From an uncultured Gammaproteobacteria bacterium (GTDB lineage: Bacteria > Patescibacteriota > Patescibacteriia > Magasanikbacterales > UBA922): 64,000 nt of DNA. The stretch covers positions 11,848-75,847 of the forward strand of contig CAZFKS010000004.1 in the NCBI GenBank assembly GCA_964519725.1, read 5' to 3'. Under the pieces are notes generated by a model, which searched no databases, was not told where the DNA came from, and was given only the letters and a program-made list of their open reading frames with translations. Positions 29,650-38,059 of this stretch are shown here, piece by piece (the stretch's first letter is position 1; each line of letters begins with the position of its first letter). The translations under genes were made by a program, and so were the position numbers.

Positions 29650-30689
29650 AGATAAACTTCCCAACCTGGATCAGCTTGAATTTCTTGCCAAGGAATAAAA
29701 TTATTTTTGTGCGCTTGAAAGTAGCCAGCCGCCGCAATCATGGCACCATTGTCCATTGCGTATTTTGGTTCTGGAACTAAAAATTCAGCGCCGGGATTTG
29801 TTTCAGTTAAAGCTGCACGTAAACTTTCGCGAATTTTTTTATTTGCACTCACCCCACCACCTAGAATAATTGTTTGCGGTTTAAATTTCGCGGCCGCACG
29901 CACGGTTTTTTCCACCAACACATCAGTAATGGCTTGTTCAAAACTAGCGCAAAAATCATTAGTGGAATTTAATTCATTGTCGCGTAAATAATATAACGCG
30001 GCAGTTTTGAGTCCAGCAAAAGAAAAATCAAAATTTGGTTCTTTAATCATTGGCCGCGGAAAGGGGATTGCGTTCGTATTTCCGTCCACTGCAAATTTAG
30101 AAATTTTTGGTCCACCTGGATATTCCAGCCCCAGCAATTTGGCGACTTTATCAAAACACTCACCAGCCGCATCATCACGCGTGGCGCCTAATTTTTCGTA
30201 CACGCCGTGGTCTTTCATGAGTAACAATTCAGTGTGTCCGCCACTAACCAGCAAACACAAAGCCGGAAATTTTATTGCTGTAGTTTTTTCTTTGCCCAGC
30301 AAAACCGAATGTACATGTCCGTCCATGTGATTGGTCCGCACTAGGGAAATATTTTCCAAGTATGACAAACTTTTGGCTGCCTCGACGCCAATAATTAAAC
30401 CAGTAATTAAGCCTGGCCCAGCGGTTACAGCAATGGCCTCTGGTTTGGCTTGTCCAGCTAAAACTTCTTCAATCAACGGCACAATCGCTTCGGCATGTTG
30501 CCGTCCAGCAATTTCTGGGACCACGCCACCATATTGTTTGTGTACATCAATTTGACTGGCAGTTTTTTCCGCTAACACCGTAAAATTAACCCCATCACTT
30601 TCAAGTAAGGCCACTGAAGTATCGTCGCAAGAAGATTCTATTCCCAAAACCCGCATATTAATCGAGGTAGGAAATGTTTTGTTGTTCAA
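29646..30689 (-). CDS. tsaD: tRNA N6-adenosine threonylcarbamoyltransferase TsaD (Kae1/Qri7 family)
   Basis: ASKHA fold motifs LGIESSCDDTSVAL and HMDGHV metal site. Confidence 0.85.
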   Translation of the reverse strand: MNNKTFPTSINMRVLGIESSCDDTSVALLESDGVNFTVLAEKTASQIDVHKQYGGVVPEIAGRQHAEAIVPLIEEVLAGQAKPEAIAVTAGPGLITGLIIGVEAAKSLSYLENISLVRTNHMDGHVHSVLLGKEKTTAIKFPALCLLVSGGHTELLLMKDHGVYEKLGATRDDAAGECFDKVAKLLGLEYPGGPKISKFAVDGNTNAIPFPRPMIKEPNFDFSFAGLKTAALYYLRDNELNSTNDFCASFEQAITDVLVEKTVRAAAKFKPQTIILGGGVSANKKIRESLRAALTETNPGAEFLVPEPKYAMDNGAMIAAAGYFQAHKNNFIPWQEIQADPGWEVYL

Positions 30690-31302
30690 CCAAAGCCACA
30701 GTTTTTTTCAAAACATCGAGGTGCCAAGTTTTAGAAAATCCAACTCCAGCATCACCATCGCCAGTCACAAACTCAATAATATTTGGGGCAATTACTTTTA
30801 AACTATCATAATCAATTGCGCCCGGGTGATTACCAAGCACGCCTAAATATTGGCTTGGCGGCGCATCAGCCACATATTTTGGTTCCAAGAAAAAGTAGCA
30901 CGAATCTGGACTGTAAATTGAACCACATAAATTTTCATTACCAACCTGTTCAGTCCGGTCATTCGCAATCACTAAATAATAATCCAAACTACTGCTCGTA
31001 AAAATATGAAGCACGCGAAATTTTGCTTGCAAATAACTTTGTGAGAGTAAGGTTGAGGTCGGCGTGGTTTTGGTAATGTCAAACACTGTGCCAGGATGAG
31101 ATGTGGCAATGTCAGGCTGGTCTAAAACGCCTGTATTTTCCGTAGGCCCAGTATTTGTAGTTGAGGTTGGTGTGCTGACCACTTGGTCAGCTGGTAAAAG
31201 CTCAACGGTTTTTTGGTGCGCTTCATGTTGCGCATACCAAATTAAACCGCCTAGTCCACCCAGGACAATAATTGCTAATAAAATAAGGAGTGATTTTTTC
31301 AT
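30658..31302 (-). CDS. hypothetical membrane-anchored secreted protein
   Basis: N-terminal TM segment and a Thr/Pro-rich linker. Its 3' end overlaps tsaD by 32 nt. Confidence 0.4.
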   Translation of the reverse strand: MKKSLLILLAIIVLGGLGGLIWYAQHEAHQKTVELLPADQVVSTPTSTTNTGPTENTGVLDQPDIATSHPGTVFDITKTTPTSTLLSQSYLQAKFRVLHIFTSSSLDYYLVIANDRTEQVGNENLCGSIYSPDSCYFFLEPKYVADAPPSQYLGVLGNHPGAIDYDSLKVIAPNIIEFVTGDGDAGVGFSKTWHLDVLKKTVALVEQQNISYLD

Positions 31303-31340
31303 AAAATATTTTCCTTACCTTAACACGCTAAGCCCATTTT

Positions 31341-31368
31341 GGCAATAAAAAAACGGCCCCGCAGGACC
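31341..31368. terminator. intrinsic terminator downstream of hup
   Basis: aaaaaacggccccgcaggaccgtttttt. Confidence 0.5.
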
Positions 31369-31383
31369 GTTTTTTCTGGCAAT

Positions 31384-31665
31384 TTAGAGCACTGCTTCTT
31401 TAGCAGCTTTAGCCAAGCGGAATTTAACAACCGTTTTGGCAGCAATTTTAATAGTGGCGCCAGTGGCTGGGTTGCGACCAGTGCGAGCAGCACGGCGAAC
31501 CTTAACCATTTTACCAAAGCCTGGCACAACAAACATGCCATTCTTTTTCACTTCTTTGTAAGCAGTGGCTGAGAGGAGGTCGAGCACCATGCCGATATCC
31601 TTTTTACTTAAACCGGACTTGTCTGCTAAGAGACTTAGCAAAGCTGATTTTGTCATTCCTGACAT
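31384..31665 (-). CDS. hup: DNA-binding protein HU
   Basis: Bacterial histone-like family signature MTKSALLSLLADKSGLSKKD...GFGKMVKVRRAARTGRNPATG. Confidence 0.85.
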   Translation of the reverse strand: MSGMTKSALLSLLADKSGLSKKDIGMVLDLLSATAYKEVKKNGMFVVPGFGKMVKVRRAARTGRNPATGATIKIAAKTVVKFRLAKAAKEAVL

Positions 31666-31786
31666 ATGAGGTTGTTAAATTAACCTTAATAATATTGAGT
31701 ATTATAGCGCGCGTGTGGAAATACGCAACAAAAATAAGGGTGAAAATACCTAAGCTGTGGAAAACTTCGCAAAATAGGGGAGTAGG

Positions 31787-31815
31787 TTGACAAAATTACA
31801 TTTTTAAATTATAAT
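31787..31815 (+). promoter_or_regulatory. consensus sigma70 promoter (TTGACA, 17-nt spacer, TATAAT) for the high-GC Nudix-like gene
   Basis: Perfect -35 at 31787-31792 and perfect -10 at 31810-31815. Confidence 0.55.
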
Positions 31816-31883
31816 TCACTGTTCTGAAAATTTGGGAATGTCCCGAATTGACAGACAAGTTCTTTAAACGTGAGGTCTTACAA

Positions 31884-32420
31884 ATGGTTTCGATCCGTCG
31901 TTTCAATGTCCCTGTGTTCATGCTCGTTGACGATGGCGCCGGCACTGGCACCTACAACCACCTCCCTAACGACGTCTATGACACGATCAAGCGGTGTATG
32001 CCGATCTTTTGTGTCGACATCATCGCCATCACCTCTCACAGCAAGGTCTGCCACCTGGCCAAGCGCCGGCGCACGCCGTGCCAGGGCTGGTGGTGGTTTG
32101 GAGGTCGGCTCGGTCAGGACGAACTGCCCGAGAACGGCGCAACGCGCATTCTCGAGCGCGAGCTCGGGATCCACATTGACCCGGGGCGATTCAAGGTCGC
32201 CGGGGCGGTATTTCAGTACTTCAACGAACCGGAATGCCGGGGCACCTTCCCGGTGTTCCAGCTCAGCTTCGAGATCACCGCTGAGGAGCTCGCCGCGGTC
32301 CGTCTGGACCCGGGCGAGTACGAGGCCGACGTCGGCCTCCGAGAGTTCAGCCTGGCTGACTTGCAGACCGAGGGGGTCAACCCCCTCATCGCAGCGGTCG
32401 CCCGCGACCTGCTCTTGTAA
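31884..32420 (+). CDS. Nudix-like hydrolase, high-GC and likely horizontally acquired
   Basis: GRLGQDELPENGATRILERELGI approximates the Nudix box Gx5Ex7REUxEExGU. The preferred start is ATG 31884 (MVSIRRF, RBS GTGAGGT) rather than the TTG at 31848. About 65% GC. Confidence 0.5.
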   Translation: MVSIRRFNVPVFMLVDDGAGTGTYNHLPNDVYDTIKRCMPIFCVDIIAITSHSKVCHLAKRRRTPCQGWWWFGGRLGQDELPENGATRILERELGIHIDPGRFKVAGAVFQYFNEPECRGTFPVFQLSFEITAEELAAVRLDPGEYEADVGLREFSLADLQTEGVNPLIAAVARDLLL

Positions 32421-32469
32421 TCTCTTCACCACCCCTAATCCCGCCTCTACCAAAATCCCAACTGGTGGA

Positions 32470-32510
32470 GGCTGCAAAACCCCCTGTCTCCACCACTTTT
32501 ATTTCTAAAG
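32470..32510 (+). terminator. intrinsic terminator
   Basis: gtggaggctgcaaaaccccctgtctccac followed by ttttatttc. Confidence 0.5.
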
Positions 32511-32559
32511 TTTGGAAGTAAAAGTGGCAGGGAGTTTTGTTATTTATAAAACAAAAAAC

Positions 32560-32610
32560 AGCCATGAATGACTGTCTTTTGTTGCGCCTCTGATTCGTCA
32601 GAGGCAGCGT
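32560..32610 (-). terminator. tandem-hairpin terminator module at the 3' flank of a high-GC gene
   Basis: On the minus strand: gcctctga-cgaa-tcagaggc, then gacagtcattcatggctgtc, then T6. It is homologous to the 3' flank at 33090-33162. Confidence 0.5.
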
Positions 32611-32663
32611 CCCAGAACTCGGCGCGGCGTCATGCGGGTTCAATGGGAAGCGCCAGGACGGCG

Positions 32664-33065
32664 CTAGCGGTGGGCGAAGGAGACGATCGCCTCGGCGAGT
32701 TCGTGGGGCTTGGCGCCCCAGGACTCGCACTTCTTCTTGAAGGCTTCGTCGTCTTCAAGTTTTCTTTCGGTCTCATCACAAGTCCAGTTCTTCCTCTCGT
32801 GGCTCGGGACATCTTGTCCATTGTAGATTGAGATGAAGTTGAACTTGGGCACCTTTCCTTTTTCGAAGGTGAACACGATGACCTTACGTTCACCGTCATT
32901 TTTGCAGAATCGTGTGACATCGAGGCGCTTCGTGCCCTCGAATTTACCACCGACGCGAGCGGGTTCGTTTTCGAGTAGCTTTTTGGGGTCGATTTCGATG
33001 AAACGCACTGAATATCGCTCCCTAGGTTGCCTGTTACCAGGCGTGATTTGTGCTAAACTTAGCAT
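32664..33065 (-). CDS. hypothetical protein, high-GC
   Basis: ORF-track ORF. A more likely start is GTG near 33005 with an AGGGAG RBS, giving about 113 aa. No family recognised. Confidence 0.45.
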   Translation of the reverse strand: MLSLAQITPGNRQPRERYSVRFIEIDPKKLLENEPARVGGKFEGTKRLDVTRFCKNDGERKVIVFTFEKGKVPKFNFISIYNGQDVPSHERKNWTCDETERKLEDDEAFKKKCESWGAKPHELAEAIVSFAHR

Positions 33066-33069
33066 AAAA

Positions 33070-33100
33070 CAATAAAAAAGTCAAGGTACAAAATGAAAAA
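33070..33100 (-). promoter_or_regulatory. promoter candidate (cTTGACTTTTTT context) for gene 32664..33065
   Basis: The minus-strand sequence reads ccttgacttttttattgttttatgctaagttt. It is the same -35 module as at 4596 and 4975. Confidence 0.3.
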
Positions 33101-33162
33101 ACAGCCACCTAAGTGACTGTTTTTTCATTGGGCCCCTGACACGTCAGAGGCAGCGTCCTGGA
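33090..33162 (-). terminator. terminator module at the 3' flank of gene 33225..33773
   Basis: Shares the 16-mer gtcagaggcagcgtcc and the A-tract/acagcc...gactgt/T-tract hairpin with 32560-32610. Confidence 0.45.
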
Positions 33163-33224
33163 TCTCGGCGCCGATTGCTCGGCACCAAGCTCAGACAGGA
33201 GTGATCCGGAGAGGATCACGTTGC

Positions 33225-33773
33225 TCAGCTCTTGTGGAGCGAGCGCCGGCGGCCGACCATCTTCATGATCAGTGCCAGAGTGGGGAGGTAGACGAGACCC
33301 CCACCGGTCTCCTGGACCTGGATAAGTCCGCGCTCCTCGAACCGCGCGAGGATGACGCGGACCTCGTCCGGGTCCATCCGCTCATCGGAGATCTTGTTGT
33401 CTTCGAGGAGACGTGTCTTGCTGACTCCGATCCAGCAGAGGCGTTCGGCAGCTTCTGCGGCCGTGGTGTTGGTAGGGAGAGACTTGAAGTCCTCCCACAT
33501 GTACACCAGGAGGCGCGCTCCGAGCGCGTCCTCCACCTTGCTGTCGAGGATTGGATTACAGGCGTCGGGGCGGTCCAGCCCCCACCGGACGAGTCGAAAC
33601 TCGCCGGGGAGACAGGGTGCCCCTTCGAGGTCGAACCGGTAGAGGCCCGGTCGACCAGGGATCTCTGCGCACCTTGACATTGTGAAAATTCTCCCTGAAA
33701 CGAACATCCGGCGGGGACGCCGGAAAGAGTGGATGAAACGGCCAACGCGAGCAGTGAAGAGGCCAGTGGCCAC
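33225..33773 (-). CDS. hypothetical protein, high-GC, possible C-terminal winged-helix
   Basis: ORF-track ORF with GTG at 33773. An alternative start is ATG MSRCAEIPG near 33680 with an AGGGAG RBS. C-terminal ...VRVILARFEERGLIQVQETGGGLVYLP. Confidence 0.45.
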   Translation of the reverse strand: MATGLFTARVGRFIHSFRRPRRMFVSGRIFTMSRCAEIPGRPGLYRFDLEGAPCLPGEFRLVRWGLDRPDACNPILDSKVEDALGARLLVYMWEDFKSLPTNTTAAEAAERLCWIGVSKTRLLEDNKISDERMDPDEVRVILARFEERGLIQVQETGGGLVYLPTLALIMKMVGRRRSLHKS

Positions 33774-33799
33774 CTACAGCCTTTCGTCGTTGACGCGCC

Positions 33800-33828
33800 A
33801 GTATACACAAAAATCCCTTTTTTGTCAA
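33800..33828 (-). promoter_or_regulatory. consensus sigma70 promoter (TTGACA, 17-nt spacer, TATACT) on the minus strand
   Basis: The RC of 33823-33828 is TTGACA and the RC of 33800-33805 is TATACT. Confidence 0.5.
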
Positions 33829-33919
33829 GAGGATAACTTGATAAAATCCCTTAAATTAGCCAAAAAAATTAAAAAACCACGGCTATTAACCGGGTTTTGT
33901 CGACGATTTCCGTCATTTG

Positions 33920-33991
33920 TAGCGCCAAGGGGAATTGAACCCCTGTTCTCAGGTTGAAAACCTGATGTCCTAACCATTAGACGATGGCGCC
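33920..33991 (-). tRNA. tRNA-Glu (anticodon TTC)
   Basis: Hand-folded. Acceptor GGCGCCA/TGGCGCT, D-loop AATGGTTA, anticodon stem TCAGG/CCTGA, loop TTTTCAA, T-loop TTCAATT. No CCA encoded. Confidence 0.75.
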
Positions 33992-34039
33992 ATAATGTAA
34001 CAGCAAAATTATAGAAGAAAAAAAACCCTTTGTCAACTA

Positions 34040-34068
34040 TTGACAACCGCGCCGGCGTCTGATATTAT
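34040..34068 (+). promoter_or_regulatory. sigma70 promoter (TTGACA, 17-nt spacer, TATTAT) for rplJ-rplL
   Basis: The -35 lies inside the palindrome ttgtcaactattgacaa. Confidence 0.5.
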
Positions 34069-34069
34069 C

Positions 34070-34214
34070 TTCACATCAACCGCAGACAGTAGCTTTTCCC
34101 GCCAGGGAACTTAAATACGCTACCGAGGTCACATTTCACTTAAGAAATGTTCTTCTTAAAGGTCGCTGCGGTAATCAGCGCTTTTTTATTTTAAAAAGCG
34201 CACAATTACCAAAT
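34070..34214 (+). promoter_or_regulatory. ribosomal protein L10 leader-like structured 5' UTR (possible autoregulatory attenuator)
   Basis: A 145-nt leader with long-range complementarity (accgcagac...gtcgctgcgg) and an agcgc + T6 attenuator-like element directly before rplJ. This is the usual position of the L10(L12)4 binding leader. Confidence 0.35.
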
Positions 34215-34736
34215 ATGGCTAAATCTAGACAAGTTAAAACTGATTCACTGAATGACCTCAGTAGTCACCTCCGCACTGCTAAATCAGTGGTGTTTGCCAA
34301 TTTCCAAGGCCTAAAGGTTAAGGAAACTGAAGAACTCCGCAAAAAATGCCGCGCGGAAAATGTTTACTTTGTTGCTACTAAGAAAACTTTGCTCGCCAAA
34401 GCGTTGACAGAAGCTGGTCTAACCGCTGATGTTAAACACTTTGAGGGTGGCGTGGCGGCAATCTTTGGCATGAATGATGAAGTTGCGCCTGCTCAACTTA
34501 CCGCTGAATTTGCTAAGACTCATGAAGTCGTTAAGCTTTTTGGTGGTATTTTGGAAGGTCACTTTATTGATAGTGCTAAAGTAAACGCACTTGCTAAACT
34601 CCCAAACAAGCAACAGCTCTTGGGACAACTCGTTGGTACTTTGAACGCGCCAGTTTCTGGCTTCGTGAATGTACTGGCTGGAAACTTACGCGGCCTCGTT
34701 GGTGTTTTGAATAACATCAAAGAAGCTAAAGCCTAA
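34215..34736 (+). CDS. rplJ: 50S ribosomal protein L10
   Basis: Conserved L10 N-terminus and gene order with rplL. Confidence 0.9.
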   Translation: MAKSRQVKTDSLNDLSSHLRTAKSVVFANFQGLKVKETEELRKKCRAENVYFVATKKTLLAKALTEAGLTADVKHFEGGVAAIFGMNDEVAPAQLTAEFAKTHEVVKLFGGILEGHFIDSAKVNALAKLPNKQQLLGQLVGTLNAPVSGFVNVLAGNLRGLVGVLNNIKEAKA

Positions 34737-34751
34737 TTAATTTAAACTATT

Positions 34752-35153
34752 ATGTCAGAAGAAAAAATGGTTGTACCAGAGAAATTCGTTTCTCTCGTAG
34801 AACAAATTGAAAAAATGTCAGTGCTTGACCTTTCAGAACTTGTAAAAGTTTTGGAAGACAAGTTTGGTGTATCAGCTGCTGCTCCTGCAATGATGATGGC
34901 TGCTCCAGCCGCTGCTGGTGGCGCTGCTGCTGCCGAAGAAAAAACCGACTTCGGTGTTGAACTTACCGATGGTGGTGCTAACAAAATCGCTGTAATCAAG
35001 GTGGTGAAAGAAATCACTGGTCTTGGTTTAGCTGATGCTAAAGCTCTTGTTGATGGCGCTCCAAAAATGGTAAAAGAAGGCGTTAAGAAAGAAGAAGCTG
35101 AAGAAATGAAAAAGAAAATTGAAGAAGCTGGCGGTAAAGTCACTTTGAAGTAA
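34752..35153 (+). CDS. rplL: 50S ribosomal protein L7/L12
   Basis: Ala-rich hinge and conserved C-terminal domain [20 protein letters not shown]. Confidence 0.9.
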   Translation: MSEEKMVVPEKFVSLVEQIEKMSVLDLSELVKVLEDKFGVSAAAPAMMMAAPAAAGGAAAAEEKTDFGVELTDGGANKIAVIKVVKEITGLGLADAKALVDGAPKMVKEGVKKEEAEEMKKKIEEAGGKVTLK

Positions 35154-35165
35154 TTTTTCTTTCAA

Positions 35166-35198
35166 ATAAAAAACCCGGCGTTAAACCGGGTTTTTTAT
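35166..35198. terminator. bidirectional intrinsic terminator
   Basis: aaaaaacccggcgttaaaccgggtttttt. Confidence 0.65.
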
Positions 35199-35207
35199 TT
35201 ATTAATT

Positions 35208-37451
35208 TTACCGCGCCAGGTGATACACTTTTTGTCCGTCTAAGACAAATAAATTTTTCGCAGTTTTATCAACCCACAGGCCAGTTGGATTGGTCCAACT
35301 ATGAGACACTAATTGTTCTTTGAATGCACCACTTTTATCAAAGATCAGAACACGTTTACCGCTAGTATCGAGAATAAATAATTCGTTAGCTTCGGCTGGA
35401 ACCACTAAACCACTTGTTGATGTTAGGGCTGGCTCAACTGGGGCGAGTGAAAAACCTTGCTCATCACCGCGGTACCATTTGTACATTGAACCACTGTCTT
35501 TTAGGAGATACACATCACCATCAATCGCCAGTGAGCCGCCGCCACCAAAATGACTTTCCCCAGATTTGGTCCAGGCTGAGCCTTGATCAAAACCAGTTTG
35601 CGTTAAATTGTGTTTGTAAATTCGGTTATTAACCGAGTCTATGGTGTACAGATTTTCATTATAAAGTGCAATGTTTTTAAGTTCAGCGGTGGCACTTGGT
35701 AAACTTAAATTCTTCTTGACCAATGTCTGGGTGTCAGTGTCGAGTAAGCCAACTTCACCAGAACCTGAGCGCATGGCAATTAAATTACTTTCCGGGTCAG
35801 CGGCCGCGTCTACTAATTCTGATAAAGCTTCGTGTTGTTTGCCCTGCACTTCTTTGGTAATGGCATTAATAAAATACCAACTAGCATCATTTGGGCCATA
35901 AGCAATCACGGTACTACCAAAACCAATCAAGCGGAGTGGCTGACTGCCAGCATTAACTTGTGACAAATCAGCCAGTAATTCTGGTTCAACGCGGCGTTCA
36001 TTGCGCAAGCGATCAGCTAAAGTTTGGAGGTCAGTTTCTAATTTAGCTAATTGTTCATAATCTGGTTCAGTGTCGCGGAGTTCGCGCACCAAAGCAAAAC
36101 CTTCATTTACTAAGATATTAGCTTTGGCTTTATCTTCGTAAGCCAGGCTGGCTTCGGCGGCTTCTTTTTTGTCTGTAATCGCTGAGGCTAAATTAGTAAT
36201 TTTGTCTTGCTTGGCTACGCGGCGTTCGTAAATTTTGCGGTAAGATAAAGTGCCAACAAATAAAATTGCGGTCACTATCAAACCAATGGTTAAGTACCGA
36301 CTAATTGGTGGCAAACTATTTAGTGAGCGTTTGGTATTTTCCATCCGGCCGCGCCACTCATTCATTTCGTCCAAGCGGCTGCGTTGACTGCGCACTAAGC
36401 GGTAAACACTTTTACCAGCCCCCATAATTCCTTTGGCCGTGCCCATGAATATGGCCACTAAAGTTTGCCCCGCGCCAACCATTACTTTGCCAAACGAATG
36501 CAAGAAACTTTCCGGCGGAGTTTGACCCCACTGCCGGCGGTTTTCGCGGGTGAGATAGGTTGGGTAGAGTGGTAATTGTTTGGTTCGTTCTTTTAATTTT
36601 GACAAAGTAGTTTTAACGTCTTTAATCAGTGGGGGAGACAGTGTTTCAGCGGTCCGGTCAGCCGCCGTAACCAAGTGATTAAGTGACGCGGCTGAACCAG
36701 TTTTTTCTGGTCCCAGTTTTGGAACAATTTTTTTGTTCAATTGCGCAATCAGTCCGCCAAATGAATAATCACTGCCAATTTCTTGGAGGACTTTTTGCAA
36801 GTGGCTACTAACATCTTTGACTGGTCGGTCAGATAATAATTTTAACACCCGATCAAGTGGGAAATAATCCACTACGTGTGGGGTGGCGGCGTAAAAGAAA
36901 TCCTTATTATTTATGGTTCCAGTCACTAAATCTGAAAAGAAATTTTTATTTTCACCTTCGTCTGCGCCCTCAATAATTGAGTATGATTGTAATTGATTTT
37001 GCTGCCAGTAAAAAACTGCGGCTTGTGGTGCGCCGTGATAACTAAGCGTAATGGTTCCGTCCATGATCGTCCCAACCAAACAAGTAATGTCACTGGCATG
37101 TTCAGTCAAAACATCTTCAAACTCACGGTTCACTGATTGCAAAATCCGCTCCAGTAAATATTCGTTTTTTTCCTCACGAGCGTAATATCGGTCTTCCAAA
37201 TACTGAATAATTTTTTGACTGGTTTCAATCAGGCTGGTGGTGCCAACCATTAATTCCATTAAAATAAACAAATAACCCCGTTCTTTTTCGTGTGGGGCGC
37301 TGGGTTCGGCCAAATGTAAAATCACATGGGCCTTTTCCAGGGTTTTGCCTGGGGTGAAAAACTCCTTAATATCCAAATTTTGCGGGGTATTCATAAGGCC
37401 TTTTGACTTCTTGAGTACAATTATTATACTATAGGCTGGTACACATTTCAA
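35208..37451 (-). CDS. large hypothetical membrane protein with C-terminal beta-propeller-like region
   Basis: ORF-track ORF. Probable start MNTPQNLD near 37392. Internal TM segment RYLTIGLIVTAILFVGTLSY. The C-terminal repeats are rich in Tyr, Trp and Gly. Confidence 0.45.
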   Translation of the reverse strand: MKCVPAYSIIIVLKKSKGLMNTPQNLDIKEFFTPGKTLEKAHVILHLAEPSAPHEKERGYLFILMELMVGTTSLIETSQKIIQYLEDRYYAREEKNEYLLERILQSVNREFEDVLTEHASDITCLVGTIMDGTITLSYHGAPQAAVFYWQQNQLQSYSIIEGADEGENKNFFSDLVTGTINNKDFFYAATPHVVDYFPLDRVLKLLSDRPVKDVSSHLQKVLQEIGSDYSFGGLIAQLNKKIVPKLGPEKTGSAASLNHLVTAADRTAETLSPPLIKDVKTTLSKLKERTKQLPLYPTYLTRENRRQWGQTPPESFLHSFGKVMVGAGQTLVAIFMGTAKGIMGAGKSVYRLVRSQRSRLDEMNEWRGRMENTKRSLNSLPPISRYLTIGLIVTAILFVGTLSYRKIYERRVAKQDKITNLASAITDKKEAAEASLAYEDKAKANILVNEGFALVRELRDTEPDYEQLAKLETDLQTLADRLRNERRVEPELLADLSQVNAGSQPLRLIGFGSTVIAYGPNDASWYFINAITKEVQGKQHEALSELVDAAADPESNLIAMRSGSGEVGLLDTDTQTLVKKNLSLPSATAELKNIALYNENLYTIDSVNNRIYKHNLTQTGFDQGSAWTKSGESHFGGGGSLAIDGDVYLLKDSGSMYKWYRGDEQGFSLAPVEPALTSTSGLVVPAEANELFILDTSGKRVLIFDKSGAFKEQLVSHSWTNPTGLWVDKTAKNLFVLDGQKVYHLAR

Positions 37452-37456
37452 TCCTT

Positions 37457-38059
37457 ATGCTTGAACAACTTTTTGGCTCAAAAACCCGGGTTAAGCTCCT
37501 GCGGATTTTATATCGTCACCCAGAAAAATCCTACTTTGTGCGGGAATTGACTCGAGTTTTGGATGCTCAGATTAATGCGGTTCGGCGCGAGATTGAACAG
37601 TTGGCTGCGGTCGGGCTTTTATTAGAATCAGAGGAGAAACAAACAGTAGACGAAGAGGCCAAGGCTGGGGCCAGTCTCCGCAAGTATTACAAACTCAATA
37701 AAGACTGTTTGATTTTTAATGAACTTCAGGCCTTGCTCTTAAAAGAGCAATTAGCGGGTGAGGAGGAGTTTGTCAAAGAACTCCAGGCAGGCAAAATTGG
37801 GACCATTGATTTTATGCTGATGTCAGGCCGGTTTACGCATGATGAGCATGCGCCGTCTGATGTTTTGATTGTTGGTGATGTTAAGGAAAAACCACTGGCC
37901 AAATTAGTGGCTGAATATGAACAGAGTTTTGGGTTTCCAATTCGATACACGGCCATGAGTAAACAGGAATTTTTTGACCGCCGATACGTGATGGATAAGT
38001 TTATTTTCTCGCTATTTGAGGCCAAACACGTAAAAGTGGTAAATAATTTTGACCTCTAA
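37457..38059 (+). CDS. winged-helix transcriptional regulator
   Basis: The N-terminal ArsR/PadR-like wHTH is KTRVKLLRILYRHPEKSYFVRELTRVL. Confidence 0.55.
   Translation: MLEQLFGSKTRVKLLRILYRHPEKSYFVRELTRVLDAQINAVRREIEQLAAVGLLLESEEKQTVDEEAKAGASLRKYYKLNKDCLIFNELQALLLKEQLAGEEEFVKELQAGKIGTIDFMLMSGRFTHDEHAPSDVLIVGDVKEKPLAKLVAEYEQSFGFPIRYTAMSKQEFFDRRYVMDKFIFSLFEAKHVKVVNNFDL

Noticed and set aside
31700-31790. A second copy of the tRNA-Glu 3' end at the far side of the 31.8-33.8 kb island, which would give att-site evidence
   Set aside because: I searched the distal flank for ggggaattgaacccc-like sequence and found none. The island is therefore reported as tRNA-adjacent only, not as a bounded integrative element.
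31870-33828. Many long overlapping ORFs in alternative frames (e.g. 31870..32508, 31878..32477, 33269..33808, 33352..33642)
   Set aside because: They are typical stop-codon-poor artefacts of high-GC DNA. Only one frame per locus has a promoter, an RBS and a sensible terminator.
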